From contig JBLDXI010000001.1 in the NCBI GenBank assembly GCA_047495785.1, positions 1,798,001 to 1,862,000 on the forward strand: a DNA stretch of 64,000 bases, given 5' to 3'. The notes beneath the pieces are model-generated. The model was given only the letters and a program-made list of their open reading frames with translations, searched no databases and had not been told where the DNA came from. This DNA comes from Lepidodermella squamata. Lineage: Eukaryota > Animalia > Gastrotricha. The translations under genes were made by a program, and so were the position numbers. Positions 48,701-59,994 of this stretch are shown here, piece after piece (the stretch's first letter is position 1; the number at the start of each line of letters is the position of its first letter).

Positions 48701-51484
48701 TCGGCGAGTTTTCTGTCAGTCAAAGGATGCTCGCTGACGCTGTTAGCCGCTTAAAGTCCTTTAAAGCACCTGGCTTGGATGGTATTCAAAACATCTACCT
48801 GAAGTGGGGTGTCCCTTTCCACGGAGCCATGTTCCCGCAAGTCAAGTCGATACGAGTTTTCGGAGTTCACTTTGACCCTAAACTGACGTGCAAAGTTCAT
48901 ATGGACAATATCTCTGACCGCTGCCGCAGAAATCTGGGTTTTTTTCAAACATCTCATGTTCACCCTTGGGCTGTCGAGCCGCTGGCGCCGCCCCCTTTAC
49001 TTGACCCTGGTCTTATGGGACTGTCTGCCTCGCTACCGCCTCGAAGCAACATATTAATCGTCTCGCTGCAATGCGTGCAATGCTCAGTGTTCGTTGGGGT
49101 GACCGGGTCCGCGTGTCGGAGTTGGAATCTCGTTGCCGTATCCAGAGTGTCACTATGTCGCTATGTCGCAAATGCTGCAGTCAGTTCGTCCTGCCGCTGC
49201 GCGAGGACCTCGAGAGCGTCCGCCTGATGGCCCACTCCCCTCTGCGCTCGCCCTTCGTGCTGTTGAGCAACAGGCTTCCTCGTGGTCCTCTACCCGACTT
49301 TTTAGGTTAGGCTCTTGAAAACTATTTTTTCTATCTCTCTCCCTGTTTCCCTTGCATCTCCCCTTCCCCACTCTTTTCCGGTGCCGCTTGTCTCTTAGCT
49401 GTTTCAGTCGTTATTTATGTTCAGTCCGACTTCTTTTCCGCTTCCCTTTGTCTCCAGCGTGGTCTAGCTATGGACTATCATGTAGTAAAAGTGTTTTAAT
49501 TGTTCCCCCATCCTGCAATATTGTCTGTGTTTCAACCTCCAGCCTATGATTACTGCCCTGTCCATGATAAACTCCTTATATCCCCATTTACTGTTTCTCT
49601 TACGCACCGTGGCTAATAATTTTTGGGCAGGTGCGGCCTTTCGCGATAAACATGATAAATATGATGGTAGAGGAACTTACCCAGTGCGAGCGAAATTGGC
49701 AACATACTGCGTAACGTGCCTAGCGAGCATCTTCTCTTCTTTGGTGTAAGCTATGCGAACTTCATTTTCACGCAATGCATCACCAAGGGTGTAAAGCAGC
49801 TCGTCAGCATGCTGAACACCCAACCAGGCTGGATCCTCTAAGCCTTCGGTGCGGTGCTCAAAATGAAAACTGTAAACCTAGAATTATAGAAAAATTAATA
49901 CTAAGACAAGCGCGTTAATCGAAATTACTGAAGAATTTCTAGCATAGGCATCCGCCCAAGCCAGAACAGGACACTTGAACATTTGATCACTGACCATCTG
50001 GTTGACGGCTTCCACTACCTCCATTCCTTTCATGGGCTTCTGGCTGATTTTATCATTATCAGACCTCCAATACTGGGTGTACATAGCCTTGGCGATGATT
50101 GGATCAATTTTAATTCCGTTCAGAGGATAAAAGGGGAAGTAGGAAGCAATCATTTGTCCATAAGTTTCCATATTGAAGCCACTAACATCCCTGTCAGGAT
50201 TCTTCGAAGTTGGGAGTATCTTCTGGCCCTAAAACGAAGAAGTTTATCTCCTATTCATAGCTATCATTTTATCGTAAATACCAGTGGAGTAGTAGTCATG
50301 AAGAAGCTTCCATCATCCTTAGTAAGACCTACCAGTATAGGCACGTCCTTGTAATTACCGTCAGCGATCATTTGCACAGGATCTTCAGGGAACATATCGC
50401 CATCGATAACCGGAGGTAGTCCGATGCTGTCGACAACGCCAGGAGCCCCAGTTTCAGGATTAATATCAGGCAATGCGAGCTGCAGCCTGGACCCGTATTC
50501 GTGTGGAACTTCACGTAAGCATTTAGCTTGCGCTTCCACCGTGGAAATATCGCTACAATATTTAGGGTAGTTTTGCGATAGGTATTTCAAGACCTTGCCA
50601 GTTCGATATATTGCTTGTTCCTTTGTACTTGTTGCCCAAGATACGATCGGTGATCCACTAACCACCATGGCTCTATTGATGTACGGATGAGCTTTTGGGG
50701 TCAGCAGCAACAATGAAGCAGAAGCCGCACCGGCACTTTGACCACCGAGGGTAATTTGGTTAGGATTTCCACCAAAAGCCGCGATATTTGCTTTGACCCA
50801 TTTCAAAGCTTCGATCATGTCCCAAAGACCCATGTTGCCAGGAACGTCATCAACTCCAAGATAGGCGAAACCCAGTGGGCCTAGACGATATTGAACCGAG
50901 ACGTAGACAAGATTCTCAAAGGACGAGAGCGAAGTTCCGTTGAACTTCAAAATTGTTGTAGAGCCCTCCTGGAATGAACCTCCATGAATCCAGACAAAAA
51001 CTAGAAAGAAGCATCATAGTTTATTACAGAATTTTCATTAGTAAAATTGATACCTGGCGCGGAAGCCTTGGTGTCAAATGTTGACTTGCGAACCCAAACG
51101 TTAAGGAACAAGCAATCTTCTGAATCGCTCACATTCTGGCCCTAAGGATCCCCATAAATTGAATGAAAAATGGCGTTCAAATAATATTCATACGAATTGT
51201 ATTGTAGTTGCACTGGGTGGTGGCTGGGGGCACTGGTTAGGTAGCGTGGTGGCAATCAGCTCCTCAGTCCATGGCTTTTTTGGCACAGTCTTTCGGAACC
51301 TGTTCACACCGACTGGTGGTTCTGCGAACGGAATAGCTGAAAATTCGTAAATTTCATTACCGCCAGGAACTTGTACCAAACGGCCTCTTAGTGGACCCGT
51401 GGAAGTTTTCACTTGCGGCGAGAGTGTCTCCTCAGAAAACACACCACCAACAAGTAGAAGACTTAAAATTGGCAATATAATCAT
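42800..51484 (-). CDS. Secreted carboxylesterase CE6 (copy 2) with a ~6.5-kb transposon-filled intron
   Basis: 5' exons at 49680-51484 (GQSAG, GLTKDDG, GVQHADEL) and 3' exons at 42800-43116. Donor (gtaagt near 49680) and acceptor (near 43117) are intact, and no disabling change was seen. Confidence 0.85.
43640..43870 (+). mobile_element. Reverse-transcriptase thumb fragment of an RTE/L2-like LINE
   Basis: VKVNVQKTKFMVIN...LEEVSSFTYLV...DIRGRIEK, with stops. Confidence 0.7.
44054..46832. mobile_element. Non-autonomous CMC/EnSpm(CACTA)-type DNA element
   Basis: ~37-bp imperfect TIRs cccagaccggcacaaaataagctgaaat / atttcagctcatttcgtgccggtctggg, CCC...GGG ends, a 2-bp AA duplication and subterminal gctgaaat repeats. 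Confidence 0.75.
45055..46537 (+). mobile_element. Mutator-like element with long imperfect TIRs, nested in the CACTA-type element
   Basis: catcggaa-rich left arm (45055-45220) mirrors the ttccgatg-rich right arm (46420-46537). The internal decayed ORF has a MULE-like FQVDAIHKVI segment. Confidence 0.6.
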
Positions 51485-52059
51485 TTTTACTGGAGAGACA
51501 ATATCAGTTCAAATAAACTATCCAATATAAGTCGCCTCTGTTGTTTGATTAGATAACGACCGCCGTTATACCGTCCAGAACTGATAGATAATTTCTGCGA
51601 TTAATAGTGCTTGAAATCGCCCTTAAGAAGCAATTACCTCACTAAAGGCAATCGCACAGTCGGCTTTCCTTTTAACGATCCTATATACTACAACTCACTT
51701 CAACGACCGGCTCTTCCACCAAATCACACACTACTACATACTAAATACAAATAACGTCGAGATTGCATTATAAGCAGGTTAAGCTTTCGATTTTCGTTTT
51801 GAAAAGCACGTGGATTTTTTTCGCCCGTTTCTTAACTTGACTTTTTAATTTCCCGACCTCTTCTATATAATTCCAAGCCGGGCCTAGCTTGCTCCCTATA
51901 CATTACTATTTATGATGGCTCAGCCGTCAACTTTTTCGGACGATCGAATTAATAAGCCAAGCTACTGAAATCGACCTCGACGTGTCTGTCGAAGAGCCAA
52001 GGGTATCAATTGATGACGGGCAAGCCGACGACAGCGATATTCAGATGGTCGCAAATAAA

Positions 52060-53300
52060 AAGGAATGAAAATTTCGTCATGGAAATGAAGGCAACACCTC
52101 GTTCGGGTACGACAGTACACCCGGCCGCAACCGAAAAGTGGCCACTCGTCAGGAGATCCCACATGGACAGGGGCGCAATAGCGAGATGAAGCAAGCCAAA
52201 ACCTGCTACGGGATAGAGCTGCGAATTGTTGTGATTGACAATGTCCCGCCAAACTTTATCGATCAGAAGGTGGTGCAGGACGAACTTCAGCGTCTCCTTG
52301 AGGGCACTTACGTTACAGAATTAAGATATTAGCCAGAGGTGGCTTTCGAAGTGAGCGCGGAAGAAGTTATAAGGTCAACTAGTCCAGATTACGTTGAGGA
52401 CGTGGTCACCTCAAAAATGATCATCAAATTGTTATCTGCTTTTTTAAATATAAAGCTATAGCTTCGAATGTGATAAACAATGGGCTATGTTGGCAGAAAA
52501 TATGGCAAATCTTCGGCAAAGAAATGAAAGCCAAGGTCACCCCGCCCACGTGCAACTACCGCCAAACATTCAGGCATCTCATGACAGCATGCAAAGCTCC
52601 CAAAGGCTGCAAAATGCGGCTGGTGCCCACATCACTCCATGAGTGCAAGAAGGCTGGCAACGAAGTCTTCCGGAAGTGGGCGAACTGCGATAGTCTGCAC
52701 TCGTCTGGCTGGTTCGGCTGTAAGGCAGTACGAGACGCTTGGATTAAACACCAGGAATAGGTCCGCAATCCACAATTTGAGGGTCCGACACAGCCCAAAA
52801 GCAAGCCGACGCCTGCTGTGGCTACCCCGCCGCCAGTCAAGAACGAATGACTGGAGTGAAAGCCACAGAAGACGAACAAGCTGGCACCAGCTGCCACTAA
52901 GCACGCCCCCTCGGGACAAGAGTCTTTGGCTCCGATCGACGCCAAAATCGAACAAATTACCAACGCAGCGCTAAATAAGGTAAAAACTCAAGTTGACTCC
53001 ATGATCGCCGAAGTGCTCGCCAGGCAGGCTCAGCGTATTGAAGCACTAGAAACCAAAATGACTGAACTCATCGCTCTGCTTAAGGGCAATATCTGCCCTT
53101 CAAAACAGAAATAATCGCTGACGTAATCGCTTACGCCGGCGTCGACTCCATTGAGGATGTCTTCCTTGATGCCTTTAAACGCTATGGCGAACGCTGCTTA
53201 GCAGCAGGCAGCAGGTCTCGACATGGCGGACTACATCAACTACGAAAGTGGTATTCGCCCGAAGTCAGAAGACGCCCGCAAAGTTCTTGCCGATAAGTGC
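52060..53300 (+). mobile_element. Decayed LINE ORF1 (gag-like) remnant
   Basis: Three degenerate knuckles TCNYRQTFRHLMTAC..CKMR...HEC...WANCDSLHSSGWFGC, followed by a coiled-coil segment. Stops and frameshifts are present. Confidence 0.65.
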
Positions 53301-53408
53301 CCAGCTTGGCATTAACGCGAAGTACCAAAACCTAGCTAGCAGAGCCTCTCACACGGTACTGGCTACAAGTCGTTTTATAACCAGCACTCTTTTTAGAGAA
53401 ACGGTATA

Positions 53409-54613
53409 CAGTAAAACCTGTTATCTCGAACTCTGTGTATCTCGAAAACCTGTGTATGTCGAAGTCTTGCCGAGGAACCGTGGGTTTTTCAGCATGTAGC
53501 CCATATTATTCACTCTGTGAAGTCGAACTCTGTCTATCTCGAAAGTCGAAGGGCGGGAAAGGAACTGTAGCCATATGGTGCATTATTGTGACTCTTTGAA
53601 GTCGAATGTTCGAAGCTCTTTCTTAATTTTGAGCGATACCGCGCGCGCAAGGCAAGGCGCGAAGTGGCTAAAGAGGGTCTAAGCGTGTTGTTAACCTACC
53701 TGCAGCGCTCTCGGCGAAATGCTAAAGCTGCTCGTAATCGTCAACCCCCGCGTTGCGTAATCCTCCTTGAACACTTCATTTTAGGTCACGCGGCCTATCC
53801 CAGCGCATTTAAGGCCGACAACGCGGCTTGTGACTTGGGTAATTACAGAATACCGTATTTCTCGAAAATATACGACACACCTGTATATATCCCCGCTCCC
53901 TAATACAACCCGACGAAAAAATCGTTTGTTCATATTTAACCCAGGCCTCGAAATTGTACCACAGCTATTTTAATTTGGGCGAAGCATGCGTTGGAACAAA
54001 AGAAAAGCCTTATTAATGACGCATTATCGTAATCAGTGATTAGCTATCGCTTCAAGGATGGAAAGCCGTGCGCTGCTGGCCGAGAGCTACTGGCTTCGAA
54101 GATGGCATCAAACGACACGTTCGATCAAGTCATCAGCCTGGATGATTTCAACGATGACGAAAGTGAACCTGACTTTTTTTTTATTGATAATTGATTTTGT
54201 TGGTTGATCAAAAAATTGTTAACTTTTTCACTTTTTCACTGAATCGACAAATAAAACAATCTAAAAACGTCGTCTTAATACGAATTGCTCGCGGCTTTTT
54301 GTGATGATTCGCAATTAAACAGCACACCCGTATATATCCCCACTCCCTAATACAACCCGAATCAAAAATCATTTGTTCATAAATATAGCCCGCGGTAAAT
54401 TTTCGAGAAATACGGTATTTCAAATCTAGCGCTAATATTCAATAAAATGTTGCTATTTGTGCTCTAAAATATTGGGGTGATTAAATGAACGCTTTAAAAT
54501 AGGCCCAGTGGTGTTTTTATGCGATATATGTCAGTCTCCCTCTATCTCGAATCTCTCTGGAAGTCGAATGGGTCGAATGGCACCGTGAGCCTTCGAGATA
54601 ACAGGTTTTACTG
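53409..54613. mobile_element. Tc1/mariner-pogo (Tigger-like) MITE
   Basis: Perfect 22-bp TIRs cagtaaaacctgttatctcgaa / ttcgagataacaggttttactg, flanked by TA on both sides. Confidence 0.9.
53853..54415. mobile_element. Second pogo-like MITE nested inside the first
   Basis: 17-bp TIRs ccgtatttctcgaaaat / attttcgagaaatacgg with TA flanks, an internal ~50-bp direct repeat (near 53883 and 54330) and an acidic DDFNDDESEPDF remnant. Confidence 0.85.
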
Positions 54614-54881
54614 TATCGTCTTTTCTACCGTTAATTTTTAATCGCCTTTTTACATTGTTGATTGCATCATAAATTTTCAAGTCTGCGAGGGTATGTAATC
54701 GCGCCGAGAGCGCCGTAACAAGCGATGGTGGCAAATTAAACTCAGAAATATGCCATTGATTGAAAAATCACAATAGTAAGTAGGCACATGTTTTTTATTT
54801 TAAAATTGTATCGCGCTTGATTTCTGTCATAATCATTAAAAAGCCAAAGAAATGAAAGCTGGGCAGCCATGATTGTTATGA

Positions 54882-57073
54882 TTATTCCGGATAGGGTATC
54901 TCGAGTGGCGCCGGGCATGGCGTGGTGGTTAGACCAGGCTGGAAGTTTCCTTGTAGACGAGCGTATGTCTTTGGCAACTGACTCATCCAGAACTAAAGCC
55001 AACATTTAGTTTTCATCTGATCAAATTCGTACACATGAAAGGAATTACCTGACAATCTCTTCTCTTCGGAGAATGTATAAGCTTCTGTTTTGATCCATCC
55101 ACATCGAGAACGAGTGATGGACCCACTAAGGGCTTGTAGAGAGGCCACTCTGGTAGCTTGAGTCGGTCACCAAGGCTGTTATCGACTTTGTTAGGATCCC
55201 TTTAAATGAGTTACTCTTTGAATTTATAGCTTATTTTGATGATAAAAGAACTCACCCTGTGCGAGCGAAATTCGCAACGTACTGCGTTGCGTGCCTCGCG
55301 AGCATCTTCTCTTCTTTTGTGTAAGCTATGCGCACTTCGTTTTCACGCAATGCATCACCAAGGGTATATAGCAGCTCGTCAGTGTGTTGAACACCCAACC
55401 AGGCAGGGTCCTCTATGGCTTCTGTGCGGTGCTCAAAATGAAAACTGTAAACCTGGAAATAAAGAAAATTTTAAAACAAAGACAAACGCATCAATCGAGC
55501 TTACCGGAGAATTTCTAGCATAGGCATCCGCCCAAGCCAGAACAGGACACTTGAACATTTGATCACTAATCATCTGGTTAACGGCTTCCACTACCTCCAT
55601 GCCTTTCATGGGCTGCTGGCTGATTTTATCATTATTAGACCTCCAATACTGGGTGTACATAGCCTTGGCGATGATTGGATCAATTTTAATTCCGTTCAGA
55701 GGATAAAAGGGGAAGTAGGAAGCAATCATTTGTCCATAAGTTTCCATATTGAAGCCACTAACATCCCTGTCAGGATTCTTCGAGGTTGGGAGTATCTTCT
55801 GGCCCTAAAATTAAGAAGTAAATTAAGATCTCCAATTCATAGCTATCATGTTATCATAACTACCAGTGGAGTAGTAGTCAAGAAGAAGCTGCCTTCATCC
55901 TTAGTAAGACCTACAAGTATAGGCACGTCCTTGTAATTACCGTCAGCAATCATTCGCACAGGGTCTTCAGTGAACATATCGCCATCGACAACCGGGGGAA
56001 GACCGATACTGTCGACTACGCCGGGAGCCCCGGTTTCAGGGTTGATATCAGGCAAAGCGAGCTGCAGCCTTGACGCGTATTCGTGAGGGACCTCACGTAA
56101 GCATTTAACTTGCGCTTCTACCGTAGAAATATCTCTGCAATATCTAGGGTAGTTTTTCGATAGATATTTCAGCAGCTTGCCAGTTCGGTATGTTGCTGTT
56201 TCCTTTGAAACTGTTGCCCAAGATACGAGTGGGGATCCACTAACCACCATGGCTCTATTGATGTACGGATGAGCTTTTGGGGTCAGCAGCAACAATGAAG
56301 CAGAAGCCGCACCGGCACTTTGACCACCGAGGGTAATTTGGTTAGGATTTCCACCAAAAGCCGCGATATTTGCTTTGACCCATTTCAAAGCTTCGATCAT
56401 GTCCCAAAGACCCATGTTGCCAGGAACGTCATCAACTCCAAGATAGGCGAAACCCAGTGGGCCTAGACGATATTGAACCGAGACGTAGACAAGATTCTCA
56501 AAGGACGAGAGCGAAGTTCCGTTGAACTTCAAAATTGTTGTAGAGCCCTCCTGGAATGAACCTCCATGAATCCAGACAAAAACTAGAAAGAAGCATCATA
56601 GTTTATTACAGAATTTTCATTAGTAAAATTGATACCTGGCGCGGAAGCCTTGGTGTCAAATGTTGACTTGCGAACCCAAACGTTGAGGAACAAGCAATCT
56701 TCTGAATCGCTCACATTCTGGCCCTAAAGATAAACATAAATTGAATGAAAAATAGCGTTCAAATAATATATAATTTGCTTACAAATTGTATTGTAGTTGC
56801 ACTGGGCGGTGGCTGGGAGCACTGGTTAGGCAGTGTGGTGGCAATCAGCTCCTCAGTCCACGGCTTTTTAGGCACAGTCTTTCGGAACCTGTTCTCACCG
56901 ACTGGTGGTTCTGCGAACGGAATAGCTGAAAATTCGTAAATTTCATTACCGCCAGGAACTTGTACCAAACGGCCTCTTAGCGGACCCGTGGAAGTTTTCA
57001 CTTGCGGCGAGAGTGTCTCCTCAGAAAACACACCACCAACAAGTAGAAGACTTAAAATTGGCAATAAAATCAT
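54882..57073 (-). CDS. Secreted carboxylesterase CE7 (copy 3)
   Basis: Same exon structure as CE5/CE6, with GQSAG, GLTKDEG and GVQHTDEL. Ends ...LEIPYPE*. Confidence 0.9.
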
Positions 57074-57543
57074 TTTTTACTGGAGAGACAATATCAGGTC
57101 AAATAAACTACCCTTATATAGCTTCTGTTGTTTGATTAGATAACGACCGGCCTTATTTCCCTTACCATCCAACTGACCTGTTAGATAAGTGCTGTGATGA
57201 ATAGTGCTTGAGATCGCCCTTCTAAAGCAATTGCCCTACTCAAAGGACTCCCCTATTCGGATTTCCTATTAACATATCCTATAGTTACAACTCGCTATGC
57301 AATTTTGCAAGTTCTTGCACAATTAATTATTTACTTGAGTTGACAGCGATTTGAGAAAGACAAGCAACTACTAAGTGAATAAAATATCGAGATTAGGTTA
57401 TAATCCCATTAATTAACCGATTGAATAAATCACAATGGTAGGCACACATTTTTATTTTTAAATTTCATCGGGCTTGATTGCTGTCATAATCATTTATCTA
57501 ATAGCCAAAGAAAATGAAAGCTTGATAGTCATAACTGTTTTGG

Positions 57544-59735
57544 TTACGGATAGGGTATCTCGAGAGGTGGCGGGCATGGCGTGGTGGTTAGACCAGGCTG
57601 GAAGTTTCCTTGTAGACGAGCGTATGTCTTTGGCAACTGACTCATCCAAAACTAAAACCAATATTTCGTGTTTGATCTGATTTAATTCGCGCATACAAAA
57701 CATTACCTGACAATCTCTTCTCTTCGGAGAATGTATAAGCTTCTGTTTTGATCCATCCACATCGAGCACGAGTGATGGACCCACTAAGGGCTTGTAGAGA
57801 GGCCACTCTGGTAGCTTGAGTCTGTCACCTAAACTGTTGTCGACGGTGTTTGGATTTCTTATTTTGTATCGAAAGAGAAAATTCATAAAAGCATCTCGTA
57901 AAAGCGCAACATTTTACCCGGTTCGAGCGAAATTCGCAACATACTGGATGCCATGTCTGGCAAGCATTTTCTCGTCTTTCGTATAGGTTAGACGAGCTGC
58001 ATTTTCCCGCAATGCATCTCCAAGGGTGTAAAGTTGCTCAGCGGAGTGTTTTACGCCCATCCAAGCTGGGTCGTCCAAAGCTTCAGTGCGGTGCTCGAAG
58101 TGGAAGCTATATACCTAATATTATTATGGAATATTTAAAGTTATATGGAAAGAGAGTAAAGAAAACGTTTACTGAAGAGTTCCTAGCATAGGCATCTGCC
58201 CAAGCCAGCACAGGACACTTGAACGATGCATCGCTGACCATTAGATTGACAGCATTGACAACCTCTATGCCTTGCAGTTGCCGTTGACTCACTTTATTAT
58301 TGTCGGACCTCCAATACTGGGTGTAGATAGCTTTTGAGATTACTGGATCAGTGTCAATTCCATTCAGCGGATAGAAGGGAAAGGATGACGCAACGAATTT
58401 TCGATAAGTTTCCATATCGAAATTATCGATGCTCTTGTTAGGGTTCTGCTTCGAAGGTAGTAGCAGTTGGCCCTAATGATAAAAATTATATGAGAGTTGA
58501 TTTTTCTTAGAAGTTTTAATGACATTACCACAGGACTAGTGAGCATAACAAAGGTTCCTTCATCCTTGGTTAGTCCCGTCAGTATAGGAACATTCTTGTA
58601 GTTGCCATCAGCAACCATTCGCACGGGGTCTCCAGTGAACATATCACCATCGATTACAGGGGTTAACCCGAGGTTGTCGATAACCCCAGGTGCTCCCACT
58701 TCTAGACTGACATCGAGTAGCAAATGCTGAAGTTTCGATGAATATTCACCGGGACACTCACGCAGGCATTTAGCCTGCTTTTCAACTGTGGAAATGTCCC
58801 TGCAATATCGAGGATACTTCTTCGACAGAAAGTTTAGCAGCTTTCCGGTTCGATAAACTCCCTGTTCTTTGGTCATTGACGACCAAGAATTGAGGGGGGA
58901 ACCGCTAATCACCATCGCTCTATCGATGTATGGATGTGCCTTCGGGCTCATTAACAACAAAGAAACTGCAGAAGCCCCAGCACTTTGTCCGGCGACCGTA
59001 ATCTGGTTGGGGTTTCCACCGAAAGACGCAATATTATTCTTGATCCACTTCAAAGCTTCGACCATGTCCCAGAGGCCCATATTTCCAGGTACATCTTCAA
59101 CTCCAAGATACGCGAAACCTAGAGGACCTATTCTATATTGTATGGAGACGTAGACAAGGTTCTCGAATGACGAAAGAGTTGTTCCATTATATTTTAATAG
59201 CGTCGATGAGCCTTCGATGAATGAGCCACCATGAATCCAAACAAAAACTGTTAAAGATTAGACGATTTATCACCAAGTTGACTGATTGAAAGATTATAAA
59301 ACCTGGCGCAGAAGCCTTGGTGTCAAATGTTGACTTGCGAACCCAAACATTGAGGAACAAGCAATCTTCTGAATCGCTAACATTCTGGCCCTATACAAGA
59401 GCTAAATTAATACTCGTTATGTAATGCATGGGAATTCATACAAATCTCTTCCCAGTTGCACTGGGTGGTGGCTGTGGACATTGATTAGGCAGCGTATTAG
59501 CGATCAGCTCCTCAGTCCATGGCTTTTTAGGCACTGTCTTTCGGAACCTATTCTCACCCACAGGTGGTTCTGCGTACGGGATCGCCGAAAATTCATAGAT
59601 TTCATAACCGCCAGGAACTCTGACCAAATGCCCCCTGAGTGGACCCGTCTGAGTATTCACTTGCGGTGACAACGGGTTCTCATCGGCCAACGCTGTGCCA
59701 ACAATCGCAAGGCTTAATATCAGAAACATGACCAT
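57544..59735 (-). CDS. Secreted carboxylesterase CE8 (copy 4, most divergent)
   Basis: Signal peptide, GQSAG, GLTKDEG, GVKHSAE. Ends ...LEIPYP*. Confidence 0.9.
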
Positions 59736-59994
59736 TACTGTTCCAGAAAATGGGCGTTACTACAACTGTTGAAGACTCTTAGGATGCACTTAACAGCTCT
59801 TGCTAATTTATAAGATAAGATAACAATTGCTCCATTACGTTTTTTATTTTTTATGGACATCTGAGAGAAGTACGATAAGCGGTGCAAAAAATGGTAGGTT
59901 TAAGGCTATCGAGCTGCTGGGCGTTCAGTCATATGAAGTTTTACAGGATTAGTAACGGGACCTGTATCAGGGAAAAATAATGGTAGAAAATTCG

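Larger units (their letters stand above)
43990..49590 (+). mobile_element. Decayed non-LTR retrotransposon (gag-like ORF1, APE endonuclease and RT remnants), interrupted at 44054-46832
   Basis: Degenerate zinc knuckles at ~47460-47660, LLQWNPCGLR and SGDLNGKS (APE) at ~48060-48500, KAPGLDGI and VFGVHFDPKLT (RT) at ~48760-48900. Boundaries are approximate. Confidence 0.75.
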
